From NCBI RefSeq assembly GCF_006345805.1, contig NC_043021.1, forward strand, positions 1,736,001 to 1,800,000: a DNA stretch of 64,000 bases, written 5' to 3'. Positions within the stretch are counted from its first letter, which is position 1. Each line of letters starts with the position of its first letter. This document shows, piece after piece, positions 53,106 through 64,000 of the stretch. Both the position numbers and the translations under genes were made by a program. Below the pieces are notes generated by a model. That model made no database searches. It saw nothing but the letters and a program-made list of their open reading frames with translations, and was not told the origin of the DNA. The DNA is from Octopus sinensis. Lineage: Eukaryota.

Positions 53106-54100
53106 TATTGATGTATGTATATCTACATACATTCATATTTGTGTATGTACGCGTATGTGCGTGCGTGTGTGTGCGTGTGTGTGTTTGTGTGTTCTATCTA
53201 TCCGTCAATCAATCTATCTGACCCTTCTCTTCGTACGCTTCCATTGCCTCCACGCTTACATCTTACGCAAACTACCTACAAACAATCAACAACGTCTTAG
53301 AAATGTCTGTCTTGTAGATTTTCCACCTTCAAATCTGTTCATCTTCAAATAAATGATTGTATCGTGTGTTCGGTTTGCCACATGGACGTCGATTAATAAC
53401 ACTGCTGGCTTTAACCAGTACTGTATTTTCCGGCATATAAGTCGACCTACCTATTTTGGGCTGTAAATTTTGGTAAAAACAAAAAAAAAAAACATTCGAC
53501 TTGTTTGCCAGACATAAATGTTACACAAAATAAGCTAATGGTGTGATTTTAATGTTCCCATGGAGGTCCTTCCAGGAGATACACCGAATGGTACCAACTG
53601 TTTGTCTGTAGAAATGCTGCTAAACATTGACCTGGTCATCCATTTTGGAGAATGTGCCTAGGGCTATCAGCTCCATCAATTCAAAGCGTTTCGTACCAAT
53701 GTATTTTCTGGCATATATGTCGACATCGTACATCGTGTAAACATTCAAACATAGTCACTGTCTTTCCAAATCTTGTTGCATTTTTGGCCCTCTACATCAT
53801 TTTTGCGTATAAGTCGACCTCCATTTTTGGGGCTGTGAATTTTGGTCTGAAAAACTCACCTTGTATGCGGGAAATTGTGTACGACATCAGATCGGCTGTT
53901 TGGGCGTACATGCAGAATATAAGTATAGTACGTACAAGCAATGAAGTAAGATCTCGGACACAACATGGAGTGGATATTTGTAACAGAAATTTCAGAAAGT
54001 CGACCAGCCACATAATCACTGATCGCTCGAACCGACAAGGTAGTCAGTTAAAATATGTTGGTGCAGTCTACTTGGCTATTCACACTTTAACGTGTAGTCA

Positions 54101-54691
54101 GACCCTAACTCTAACCGTAACCCTAACCCCAACTAATCCTAACCTTAATTCTAGCTCTAACACTGAACACTAACACCTAACCCTAAACCCTAACCCGAAA
54201 TCCTAATCCGAAACCCTAATCCTAACACTTTCCACTAAACTCCAACCCTAAAAACCCTAACCATAATTCTAGCCTTAATACTAACCCAAACTCTTAACCC
54301 TGAACTCTAACCCTAATCTCTAACCCTAACTCTAACCTGAAGCCCTAATCTAGCCCTAACACAAACCCTACACCCTAACTTCAACCCTAATCATAATCTT
54401 AACACTCACCCCAAACTCTAGCCCAAATCCTAATCCGAAACCTTAACCCTAATACTTTCCACTAAACTCCAACCATAATCTTAAACCCTAACCATAATTC
54501 TAGCCTTAACACTAACCCAAACTCTTAACCCTGAACTCTAACCCTAATCTCTAACCCTAACTCTAACCCGAAGCTCTAATCTAGCCCTAACACAAACCCT
54601 ACACCCTAACTCAAATTCTTAACCCTAACTTCAACCCTAATCATAATCTTAACACTCACCCTAAACCCTAAACCCTAGCCCAAATCCTAAA
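54101..54691. repeat. Degenerate interstitial telomere-like (TAACCC)n array with a higher-order repeat
   Basis: CTAACC-like hexamers throughout; block TCCTAATCCGAAACC recurs at 54201 and 54428. Confidence 0.9.
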
Positions 54692-55509
54692 CCAAATCAG
54701 GTCATTTCACAGCGTGAACTACGGATGTTGCAGTAGATTGCACGCTAATGTAGCCCCAACATATTTTCATCAGGACTGGGATTAAGAGGCAATTACAAAT
54801 GCCAGGGGAAATATATATCACTGAATATAAAGCAGTAATTAATGATCTTGGGGTAAACTGGTAGACTACATCAGAGACAGAAGACAAACCGGAATAGGGC
54901 GGTATGGAAAACAACTGATCGTTCTACCGTGCGTAACTTTCTAAGAGGTAACCCTTAAGCAGAAAACGATGAAGAGATAAAGTCGTCATAGATGTAAGTT
55001 AGGCTTCTTGAGTGATGGAATAGTTTGATTAACTTTTACTCCACTAAAATACTAAAACTTTAAACCATTTTAATTATGAACTTATGGGGAAAGTGAATTT
55101 CATTTTCATAGTTAGTAAACAAAACTTAATCCATATCCCAAATTTGAAAACAATTGGAACAAAATTGTAGACAGTCGCGATAACCACAAAGATCCCTGCT
55201 TTATAATACATTAATCCATCGGTTTAGTAAGAAAACATGGAGCGATTAGTGTTTTGTTTGCTAACAGGGTCATAGAAACGCCAAAAGAAATTATCATCAT
55301 AGTCATCATCAACATCATTATCGTCATCATCATTAACTTCATTATCGTCGTCATCATCAACATCGTTATCGTCGTCGTCATCTTGATTATATTAACAGCT
55401 GTCGTTTTCAAAAAACGAGCTGGTTTCTCCACTTCACTATAACATGAATATGATATCAGACATGATTGAAGTTGGCAAATTTGAAGGAGTTCAGGCAGGT
55501 GGACAAGTG

Positions 55510-55581
55510 GCCGTGATCGTCTAGTGGTTAGGACCCCACGTTGTGGCCGTGGTAACCCAGGTTCGAATCCTGGTCACGGCA
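55510..55581 (+). tRNA. tRNA-His (GUG), copy 1
   Basis: GCCGTGATCGTCTAGTGGTTAGGACCCCACGTTGTGGCCGTGGTAACCCAGGTTCGAATCCTGGTCACGGCA; cloverleaf, anticodon GTG, T-run downstream. Confidence 0.96.
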
Positions 55582-55777
55582 GTCCACTTTAAATTTGTTT
55601 TATGTTATTTCACATTGCGACTTCGTACCCTGAAAATGAATCTTCACCATATCTATGTTTTTGTCGGCCACTCTCCCTTCAACAAGGTCTTCCTATGACT
55701 TCGATGCCGGGCATTGTCTTCGTAATTTTCGCTATTATTTACAGAAAACAGTCCTTTAAGAACTGACTATCCATCAA

Positions 55778-56198
55778 GAAGGCGGCGAGCTGGCAGAAAC
55801 GCTAGCACGCCGGGCGAAATGCGTAGCGGTATTTCGTCTCCCGCTACGTTCTGAGTTCAAATTCCGCCGAGGTCGACTTTGCTCTTCATCCTTTCGGAGT
55901 CGCTAAATTAAGTACCAGTTACGCACTGGGGTCGATATAATCGACTTAATCCGTTTGTCTGTCTTCGTTTGTCCCCTCTGTGTTTAGCCCCTTGTGGGTA
56001 ATAAAGAAATAGGTATTTCGTATTCCGCTACGTTCTGAGTTCAAATTCCGCCGAGGTCGACTTTGCCTTTCATCCTTTCGGGGTCGATAAATTAAGTACC
56101 AGTTACGCACTGGGGTCGATATAATCGACTTAATCCGCTTGTCTGTCCTTGTTTGTCCTCTCTGTGTTTAGCCCCTTGTGGGTAGTAAAGAAATAGGT
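55778..56198 (+). mobile_element. SINE-like family B, dimeric copy (other copies ~4925-5160(-), 14000-14230(-), 19630-20190, 21808-22038(-), 30795-31186(+), 39990-40200(-), 40800-41000(+))
   Basis: GGCGGCGAGCTGGCAGAAAC...GAGTTCAAATTCCGCCGAGGTCGAC...GTAAAGAAATAGGT repeated across the window. Confidence 0.85.
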
Positions 56199-56315
56199 AA
56201 TACTTTCGGAATTAATTGGAGACTTAAATATATTGCGAACAAACCCTCTAAGGATCATCAGGGGGTCCCTTATTAAGGTAATAAAATTAAAAATCCCGAA
56301 AAGTAAAAGTTGGGC

Positions 56316-56387
56316 TGCCGTGACCAGGATTCGAACCTGGGTTACCACGGCCACAACGTGGGGTCCTAACCACTAGACGATCACGGC
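56316..56387 (-). tRNA. tRNA-His (GUG), copy 2
   Basis: Reverse complement identical to copy 1. Confidence 0.96.
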
Positions 56388-56836
56388 CAACTGCCCAACT
56401 AGTTAATAAGTGTCATATTGTAGAAATTCAATCTAATCTATTCTGACAATTAGATTCAGTGAGATGCAGTTTATTTCATTTTTTTTTGTATTCTTGTTAC
56501 TTATGTTGCTAACCTTCCTACAATTTGTCCTTCGAGAAATTCATCGATTAATTGTCTGTTGCCTGACTCAAAATCCAACAGAAATAAATATAAATTTGAT
56601 TTTTATATATAGAAGTCGCTTCGACAAAAATGAAAGTTTTTTTTAAGCACTTTCCAACTAAAGTGAAAGTGACGTCATGAAAAGCGCGCAAAAGTAAAAC
56701 AAGAGACACAGCGAAATCAGTTGTATTTTGGCATAATTACACAATTGTGCCCCGTCGAATTTCTTACCTCATAACTTTCAGAAAGATTAGTATTTTTTAA
56801 CGGAATTTTCTAATTTTTCGCAAATATCATTCATGG

Positions 56837-56871
<35 letters not shown>

Positions 56872-57754
56872 AGTGTGTGGTTAACCAAACTGGTCACTCT
56901 TTCCTGAAGCGTAACAAACCTTGGACAACGGCAAAGCATTCATGTACAAAGTAGCCACTATGTACAGTTCTCAAACCTCGCGTTACGTACTCCTCAGCTT
57001 ACGGGCGCCAGCTTAGATGAGGCCCACTTAGTGGACTGGTCAAAGAGGACAAAAAAGGTTATGTGGTGGATGAGGTTTTGAGGACTGAAGACAAGTACTT
57101 TCCTCTTCGGTCAAGCCCTGGGGGGATTAAAGGCAAAACTTCCGCCCGTCCCCCCACCAAAAAACACATAGGTTTTTCTTAATTTATTTTTCGACATACT
57201 GTAGGCTCAGGAGTGGCTGTGTGGTAAGTTGCTTGCTTACCAACCACATGGTTCCAGATTCAGTCCCACTGCGTGGCACCTTGGGCAGACCAAAGCCTTC
57301 TGAGTGGATTTGGTAGACGGAAACTGAAAGAAGCCCGTCGTATATATATATATATATATATATGCGTATGTGTATGTGTCCAACATCGCTTGACAACCGA
57401 TGCTGGTATGTTTACGTCCCCGTAACTTAGCGGTTCGACAAAAGAGACAGATAGAATAAGTACTAGGCTTACAAAGTATAAGTCCTGGGGTCGATTTGCT
57501 CGACTAAAGGCGGTGCTCCAGCATGGCCGTGGTCAAATGACTGAAACAAGTAAAAGAGAGAAAGAGTAAAGAGTAAACCCCCCTTTTCGGCTACGGGGAA
57601 TACGAATCTGCAAAAAAAAAAGTGGTAAAAATCGGCATTTTTAAATTGGTTATACTTGTCTGCTAGAGATGACAGCCGTTCTTTCAAGTCCTCTTGTTTG
57701 TTATGTATTGCGATCTCGGACGAACGACTGTCATCTCTAGCAGACAGGAATAAA

Positions 57755-57798
57755 CAGTACTGACGAAGGGTAAAACCCAGAAACCAGCTGGTCTACTG
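57755..57798 (+). ncRNA. Minimal type-I hammerhead ribozyme motif (GUC site)
   Basis: CAGTA-CTGACGA-A-GGG-TAAAA-CCC-A-GAAA-CCAGCTGG-TC-TACTG: stem I 5 bp, palindromic stem III, GUC triplet. Confidence 0.75.
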
Positions 57799-58315
57799 GA
57801 TCCTGTCGACGCTCGATGGGAGCCGTTCGCTCCCTTGTTTACAGTCTAACGGACACAGATAGTGTGTCGTTAACCAACAGGTTGAGATGTCCTCCTGGGG
57901 GTAAAAACAGTAGTAACTCTGTTCTGTACGGAACAACCACGTTCAGGTAGTAACAACCATTACTTTTCGGTGGAGTTACTTCGTGCATCTTGTATAGGGA
58001 TTTTAGAATTATCTAATTTGCTTGCAAAATAAAGGATGTTTCTTTTATCTTCTTGAGGGGGATGGATGAGTGACCGGAAGGGAGATGAAGTGACGTCGCC
58101 TCCAGGGACTGGAAACGAGGCGAAATGGATGAGGGCCTAGGTTCGATCCAACTGAACTGTTTGAAAAACGATTATCTGAAGAGGCCGCAGTCACAGAAAG
58201 AGATCATTGAAGAGGAAGGTTAATAAAAGCGAAGAAGCGATGGGAAATCATATTAGGATACTATGTTTCAACGAAGGATATCTGATGTAAACGAAAGACC
58301 AAAACAAAGCAGGAA

Positions 58316-58388
58316 TGCCGTGACCAGAATTCGAAACTGGGTTCCCACGTTCACAACGGGGAAGTCGTAACCACTAGACGATCACAGC
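58316..58388 (-). pseudogene. tRNA-His pseudogene (full length, many substitutions)
   Basis: GCTGTGATCGTCTAGTGGTTACGACTTCCCCGTTGTGAACGTGGGAACCCAGTTTCGAATTCTGGTCACGGCA; broken anticodon stem and B-box. Confidence 0.85.
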
Positions 58389-58906
58389 CATATCTACAGA
58401 TGCCAAACGGATCGCACGTTAATCAATTTCAGCCGCATCTTGAAGACATGTGATATCGTTAAGTGAACAAATTTGGTCAACGTGTGTCATCCTGCAAGAA
58501 TAGATGTTAGTATGATGAGGAAAGGTGACGACGATGGCTTCACATATATGTGTCCCCGAGTTCGACTCCAGTGTGCGGCAGCTGCGACAGGTGTTTTTCG
58601 GATTTAGTCTCGGATTCACCAATGTATTGTCAGTGAACTGTAGTTGACGGAAATAGTGCAGATACAATACCAGATGTCTCTGAAGAGTTCTACCTCAAAA
58701 TCTAGCGGTACCCCGGCCAAGATGTATACCATTTTTGACAACGTCATAGATTTTGTGGGGTGAGGAAGGCTCACAAATGGATTAGCCTGGGGCCTCTATA
58801 GTACTCGAAATACCATTTAAAAGGGGACCGAACTTTCAAGAACATACTAAGGTTGTGAAATATTTGAAAAAAAAAAAAGGTAAGAGAGAGGGAAGATGAG
58901 CTGGAC

Positions 58907-58978
58907 TGCCGTGACCAGGATTCGAACCTGGGTTACCACGGCCACAACGTGGGGTCCTCACCGCTAGACGATCACGGC
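58907..58978 (-). tRNA. tRNA-His (GUG), copy 3 (D-loop variant AGCGGTGA)
   Basis: Two D-loop substitutions; stems intact; long poly-T terminator on the minus strand. Confidence 0.9.
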
Positions 58979-60797
58979 CATTTGTCCAACTGGCTAAAAT
59001 TGTAGCAACTTAGTCAACATCAATTACATATCTCTTTTTTTATTAAAGACATGCGATGTCATTAAGTGAGCAAATCTGATCAATATGGAAGAATAGATGT
59101 TAGCATGTTGATGATGATGATGATGGTGATAATGACGGAGTTTGCTTCATAATAACGTATTCCAAAGTTCGAGTCCAGTGTACGGCAGCTGGGACAGATG
59201 TTTTCTGAATTAGTCGCAGGTTGACCAATACGCTTCCAGTGAAATATGGTTGAAAGAAATCGTGGTGATGGAATGCCAGATATCTCCATAGGATCTAAAA
59301 GATGAAGCCTTTCGTCTCAAAACCTAGCAGGGCTCCGGCCAAGGAGGGTAATATTTCTGAGAATGTCATAGAGCTTTTGGTTGGGGAAGGCTCACAAATG
59401 TAATTACCAAGGGTGGCCTTTTGATTATATTCGTTTTACTATAACGACCCTTGGCAACTCCATTGTTGCCGAAACTCTTGGCCCCAGAGGTGATCGCGTG
59501 AACGGCAAATAAGTATTTCACCGTTGTTTCAGCATGTCAGTGTCTCATACTCGAATCAGCAAGTCTGAAATATACAGAGATAGTCTATAAACAATACACT
59601 GGTTTGCGAAGGAGATGAATAAGCAGAATAAAATTTGAGCTATGCAATAGATGCAGATTCAAGGTAAAACCTTATTCTATATAACATACTTAACGTATGT
59701 GTGTAGTCGAAAAAGATTGTCTATATTTAATTATGTTAATAGGGTCAAGGGAAGAACAGGGGAAAATGACATGCAATGCGAATTCATTATGAAGAAGAAC
59801 CCACTTTCTGTCCACCGAAATTCACTTATCAAGACTTCTGCAAAATATACCACGCAGAAAAATTGAACTTGGAACCATAAGGTAATGTGAGAGTACCTCT
59901 AAAAGCTTGTTGTCGCCTGCACAATGTAAGAAAAGAATACTGGCTTCAAACGCATAAAACAAAACATTTTTCTTGCTTCAGAATATTTGTGGTTTTCGTC
60001 ACTGCATGTCGAAAAACCGATTATTGTAGCGACTCCATCTAAGAATATCTGAAGAAGGAATTTTATTCCGAAATATTATCAGACTATGGATGGCTAAATT
60101 ACAACAGGTATACTCAGCCCATTGTTTGTATTACAGTGCATTGTTGTACCATTCAAAACCTTTTATTCTTCGAAATTTAATGTGTCATATAGATGTGATT
60201 TTTGACGCTGAATTCGCAATTGTTATTCATTCATTTAAAGAAAGTTTTGCGTAACTGTTACAAGTTTTCAAATTTTGCTAATTTCCAGAATTTTCACCCA
60301 GTCAGAAAACAGTAACGAGAAAGGGTGGGGAGCACTGGCATGTCACAGTAAACAGTGAAAAACGTTCTAGAATCGAATTGCTACTGTTACGAAAACAAAC
60401 AATTATAAAACACGTGGTGGCTACACTCCTTGTGCGCATGCGCAACATCTTTGGTTATGGAAACAGAATTCTTCGCAATCAGCAATAGAACTCGGGGTGC
60501 TTCTTTGCTTACTATGCTGACAGAATTTCACGGTGATGTGTAAAATACTCGCTTCTGATTGGCTAAAATAGCCAAATTTTGCAAACTTTTTAATTATGAA
60601 TTTATGGGGAAAGTGAATTTCATTTTCATAATTAGTATACAAAACTTAATCCATATCCCAAATTTGAAAACAATTGGAACAAAATTGTAGACAGTCGCGA
60701 TAACCACAAAGATCCCTGTTTTATAATACATTAATCCATCGGTTTAGCAACAAAACATGGAGCGATTAGTGTTTTGTTTGCTAACAGGGTCATAGAA

Positions 60798-61221
60798 TGG
60801 TTAATATCTAGATCCGCACCCGGTGGAAAAAATGGAAACGCAAATGTGTAACAGTATATATATGTGTGTGTGTATATATATGTGTGTGTGTATATATATG
60901 TGTGTGTATATATATGTGTGTGTGTATATATATATGTGTGTATATATATGTGTGTGTGTGTATATATATGTGTGTGTATATATATATGTGTGTGTATATA
61001 TATGTGTGTGTATATATATGTGTGTATATATATATGTGTGTGTATATATATATGTGTGTGTATATATATGTGTGTGTATATATATATGTGTGTGTATATA
61101 TATATGTGTATGTATGTATATATGTGTGTGTATGTATATATATGTGTATGTATGTATATATATATATGTGTATGTATATATGTGTATTTTTTCCACCGGG
61201 TGCGGATCTAGATATTAACCA
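60798..61221. mobile_element. MITE with perfect 36-bp TIRs filled by an (AT/GT) microsatellite
   Basis: TGGTTAATATCTAGATCCGCACCCGGTGGAAAAAAT at 60798-60833 and its exact reverse complement at 61186-61221; absent from the paralogous flank near 55277. Confidence 0.9.
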
Positions 61222-61446
61222 AACACTAAAAGAAATTATCATCATAGTCATCATCAACATCATTAACGTCATCATTCATTATCGTCGTCATCATCAACAT
61301 CGTTATCGTCGTCGTCATCTTGATTATATTAACAGCTGTCGTTTTCAAAAGACGAGCTAGTTTCTCCACTTCACTATAACATGAATATGATATCAGACAT
61401 GATTGAAGTTGGCAAATTTGAAGGCATTTTGGCAGGTGGACAAGTA

Positions 61447-61518
61447 GCCGTGATCGTCTAGTGGTTAGGACCCCACGTTGTGGCCGTGGTAACCCAGGTT
61501 CGAATCCTGGTCACGGCA
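61447..61518 (+). tRNA. tRNA-His (GUG), copy 4
   Basis: Identical to copy 1; T-runs downstream. Confidence 0.96.
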
Positions 61519-62059
61519 GTCCACCATTACTTTTATTTTCCTTTTAGTATTTCCTCGAAAGTGTAGTTCTCCTTTTGAGTGTATTCCTTTTTACAATAGC
61601 GACCCTTGGCAATTCCATTTGTGAACTTTCCCCACCTCAAAAGGTCTATCTTGGTTAGAAGCCCCACTAGATTCAAAGGCAGAAGGCTTCATTCGTCGAA
61701 GCTTACAGACATATTTGACATTGCATTCGCACGATTTCCGTCCACCATATTTCATTGACAACGAACTGGTCTAACCGAGACTAAATTGGAAAACACATGT
61801 CCTAACCGCCACGCGCTGAGATCGAACTTGGGAATACGTTCTTAGGAAGCGAACTTCGTCGTTGTCATCGTCGTAGTCGGCGTAGTCATCGCCGTCGTTG
61901 TTATCATCATTATCATCATCATCATCATCGCCAATATCTGGCTTTACAAGATGGCTGCATTTGATCAGGTTTCTCCACTCAACGATATCATATGTCGGTC
62001 ATAAAACAGATCCGATTGAAGCTGACAAATCTGGCACGTTTCTGACAGCTGGAGAATTA

Positions 62060-62131
62060 GCCGTGATCGTCTAGTGGTTAGGACCCCACGTTGTGGCCGT
62101 GGTAACCCAGGTTCGAATCCTGGTCACGGCA
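62060..62131 (+). tRNA. tRNA-His (GUG), copy 5
   Basis: Identical to copy 1; poly-T terminator from 62146. Confidence 0.96.
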
Positions 62132-62256
62132 GTCCAGCTCTTCCCTTTTTTTTTTTTTTTCAAATATTTCACAACTTTAGTATGTTCTTGAAAGTTCGGT
62201 CCCCTTTTAAATGAAATTTCGAGTACTATAGAGGCCCCAGGCTAATCCATTTGTGA

Positions 62257-62314
62257 GCCTGGGTTCCCACGGCCACAACGGTGGAGGGGGTCCTGACCAC
62301 TAGACGATCACGGA
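62257..62314 (-). pseudogene. 3'-truncated tRNA-His pseudogene
   Basis: CCGTGATCGTCTAGTGGTCAGGACCCCCTCCACCGTTGTGGCCGTGGGAACCCAGG then unrelated sequence; T-loop and 3' acceptor strand missing. Confidence 0.85.
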
Positions 62315-62711
62315 CATCTCTACAGCTGCCAAACGCATCGCACGTTAGTCAATTTAGCAACAACAGTAAAATCGAAGAATTTCCGGGTGAAACTCTGAAA
62401 CTAAGCGGTGGGGTGGGGATAGGGAGAGCGCAAGGGGGCACCTGTTTATGTCTTTTGTTTCAGTCATTAGACTGCGGCCATGCTGGGGCGCCGTCTTGAA
62501 GAATTTTAGTGGAACTTATCAAACTCAGTACATATGATTTTTTTTATAAAGCCTGGTACTTATTCTATGGGTATATTTTGCCAAACCGCTAAGTTATGCG
62601 AACGTAAACACACCAACACTGGTTGTCATGCGGTAGTGAGAGACAAACACATACACCCACGCACACACACATACTGTATGAACACACACACATATATAAT
62701 ATAAACACACA

Positions 62712-62778
<67 letters not shown>

Positions 62779-62813
62779 GCATATATACATACGTATATGT
62801 ACATACATCTATA

Positions 62814-62858
<45 letters not shown>

Positions 62859-62937
62859 TATATATATATAATATATATCTATATATCTATATATATATAT
62901 AGATATATATATGTATATATATATGTATATATATATA

Positions 62938-62988
<51 letters not shown>

Positions 62989-63177
62989 TTATAATGTAAA
63001 TGTATATTTATATCTTGTTATATTTATTTAGTTATATCTCACCATATTGATTGTAATTATTGTACAGTATTAATGTCTAATCTCATTGCTATTGTGTAGT
63101 GTTTTAATAAAGTATATGATTCGGTATTATCTGATAGTTGATGATTGATTTAGATATATTTCTCCATTTTCTCATTT

Positions 63178-63239
<62 letters not shown>

Positions 63240-64000
63240 ATATATATATATGCATATGTGGGCACAGGATGTCACGAAACATGTACAACAAAAAATACGA
63301 AGTACGAGTACATGGAATATAAAATATTCTTTCGAACAACGAAAGACACAAATGGAAAACAAGAGAAACAACATAAAGAGCGACCCTTCATCAGTTGTTG
63401 GCTGTTTTTCTACTCTAGTATTTCGAGCATATATATATATACATATATATGACGGGCTTCTTTCAGTTTCCGTCCACCAAATCCACTCACAAGACTAACC
63501 CTAACCCTAATCCTAACCCGAGGCTATGATAGAAGATATTCGCCCAAGGTTCCACGCAGTGGGATTGAACCTGGAAACATATGGTGGGGAAGCAAACTTC
63601 TTACCCCACATCCACGTCTGCGCCTGATGTGTCCTTTTTTATTCATTGTGTGACACTTGTTGACGGCGGTGGCCGAGTAGTTAAGAAGTCCGCTTCGCAA
63701 TCATGACGTGCTGAGTTCAATCCGACTGCGTGGCTTCTTGGACAAATGTCATTTTCTCGATCCTGCAGCAAATTCTAAACAAATGTATTTCACAAAAAAA
63801 AAAAAACTTAATCTCGTTAAACCATTATTTGGGGTTTTTTACATCCATCGCTCCCTTTTGGTCACCTCATTATCGCCCCCAACTTTCTTCAGCGCCCCCT
63901 CCGCCTGGATACTTTTCGTTGCCCCCAAGGGGGCAGTACCACCCACTTTGGGAGCCACCGCTTTAAAGGGTACAACATGTCTGTGGAGTACTCAGCCACT

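Noticed and set aside
53419-53870. pogo-like terminal motifs (TATTTTCCGGCATATAAGTCGAC) repeated three times
   Set aside because: Probably decayed MITE ends, but boundaries and TSDs could not be fixed, so not listed as a feature.

Overview
AT-rich, microsatellite- and SINE-dense eukaryotic DNA. The repeat landscape suggests an octopod cephalopod; this is an inference, not confirmed by a search. The left 36 kb holds one complete minus-strand gene, LIN9 (MuvB/DREAM subunit). I reconstructed it by hand as 16 GT-AG coding exons (35876->2991, 1611 nt, 536 aa, phases all consistent). Its start region has YY1, CCAAT and CDE/CHR-like motifs. The right 28 kb has no recognisable host exons. It contains a tRNA-His(GUG) cluster (5 intact-looking genes, 2 pseudogenes, 55.5-62.3 kb), decayed LINEs (CR1-type, RTE, RLE-type), MITEs (hAT, pogo/Tigger, piggyBac-like), a Helitron-like element and a degenerate (TAACCC)n block. 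The most notable unexplained structures are minimal type-I hammerhead ribozyme motifs (one at the tip of a 166-bp-arm foldback, one with a GUC site inside the tRNA cluster), a 184-bp repeat concatemer with the same junction at three loci, a microsatellite-filled MITE with perfect 36-bp TIRs whose empty site is also in the window, and telomere-like inserts. Most ORF-track entries are microsatellite artefacts. Repeat boundaries were read by eye and are approximate.
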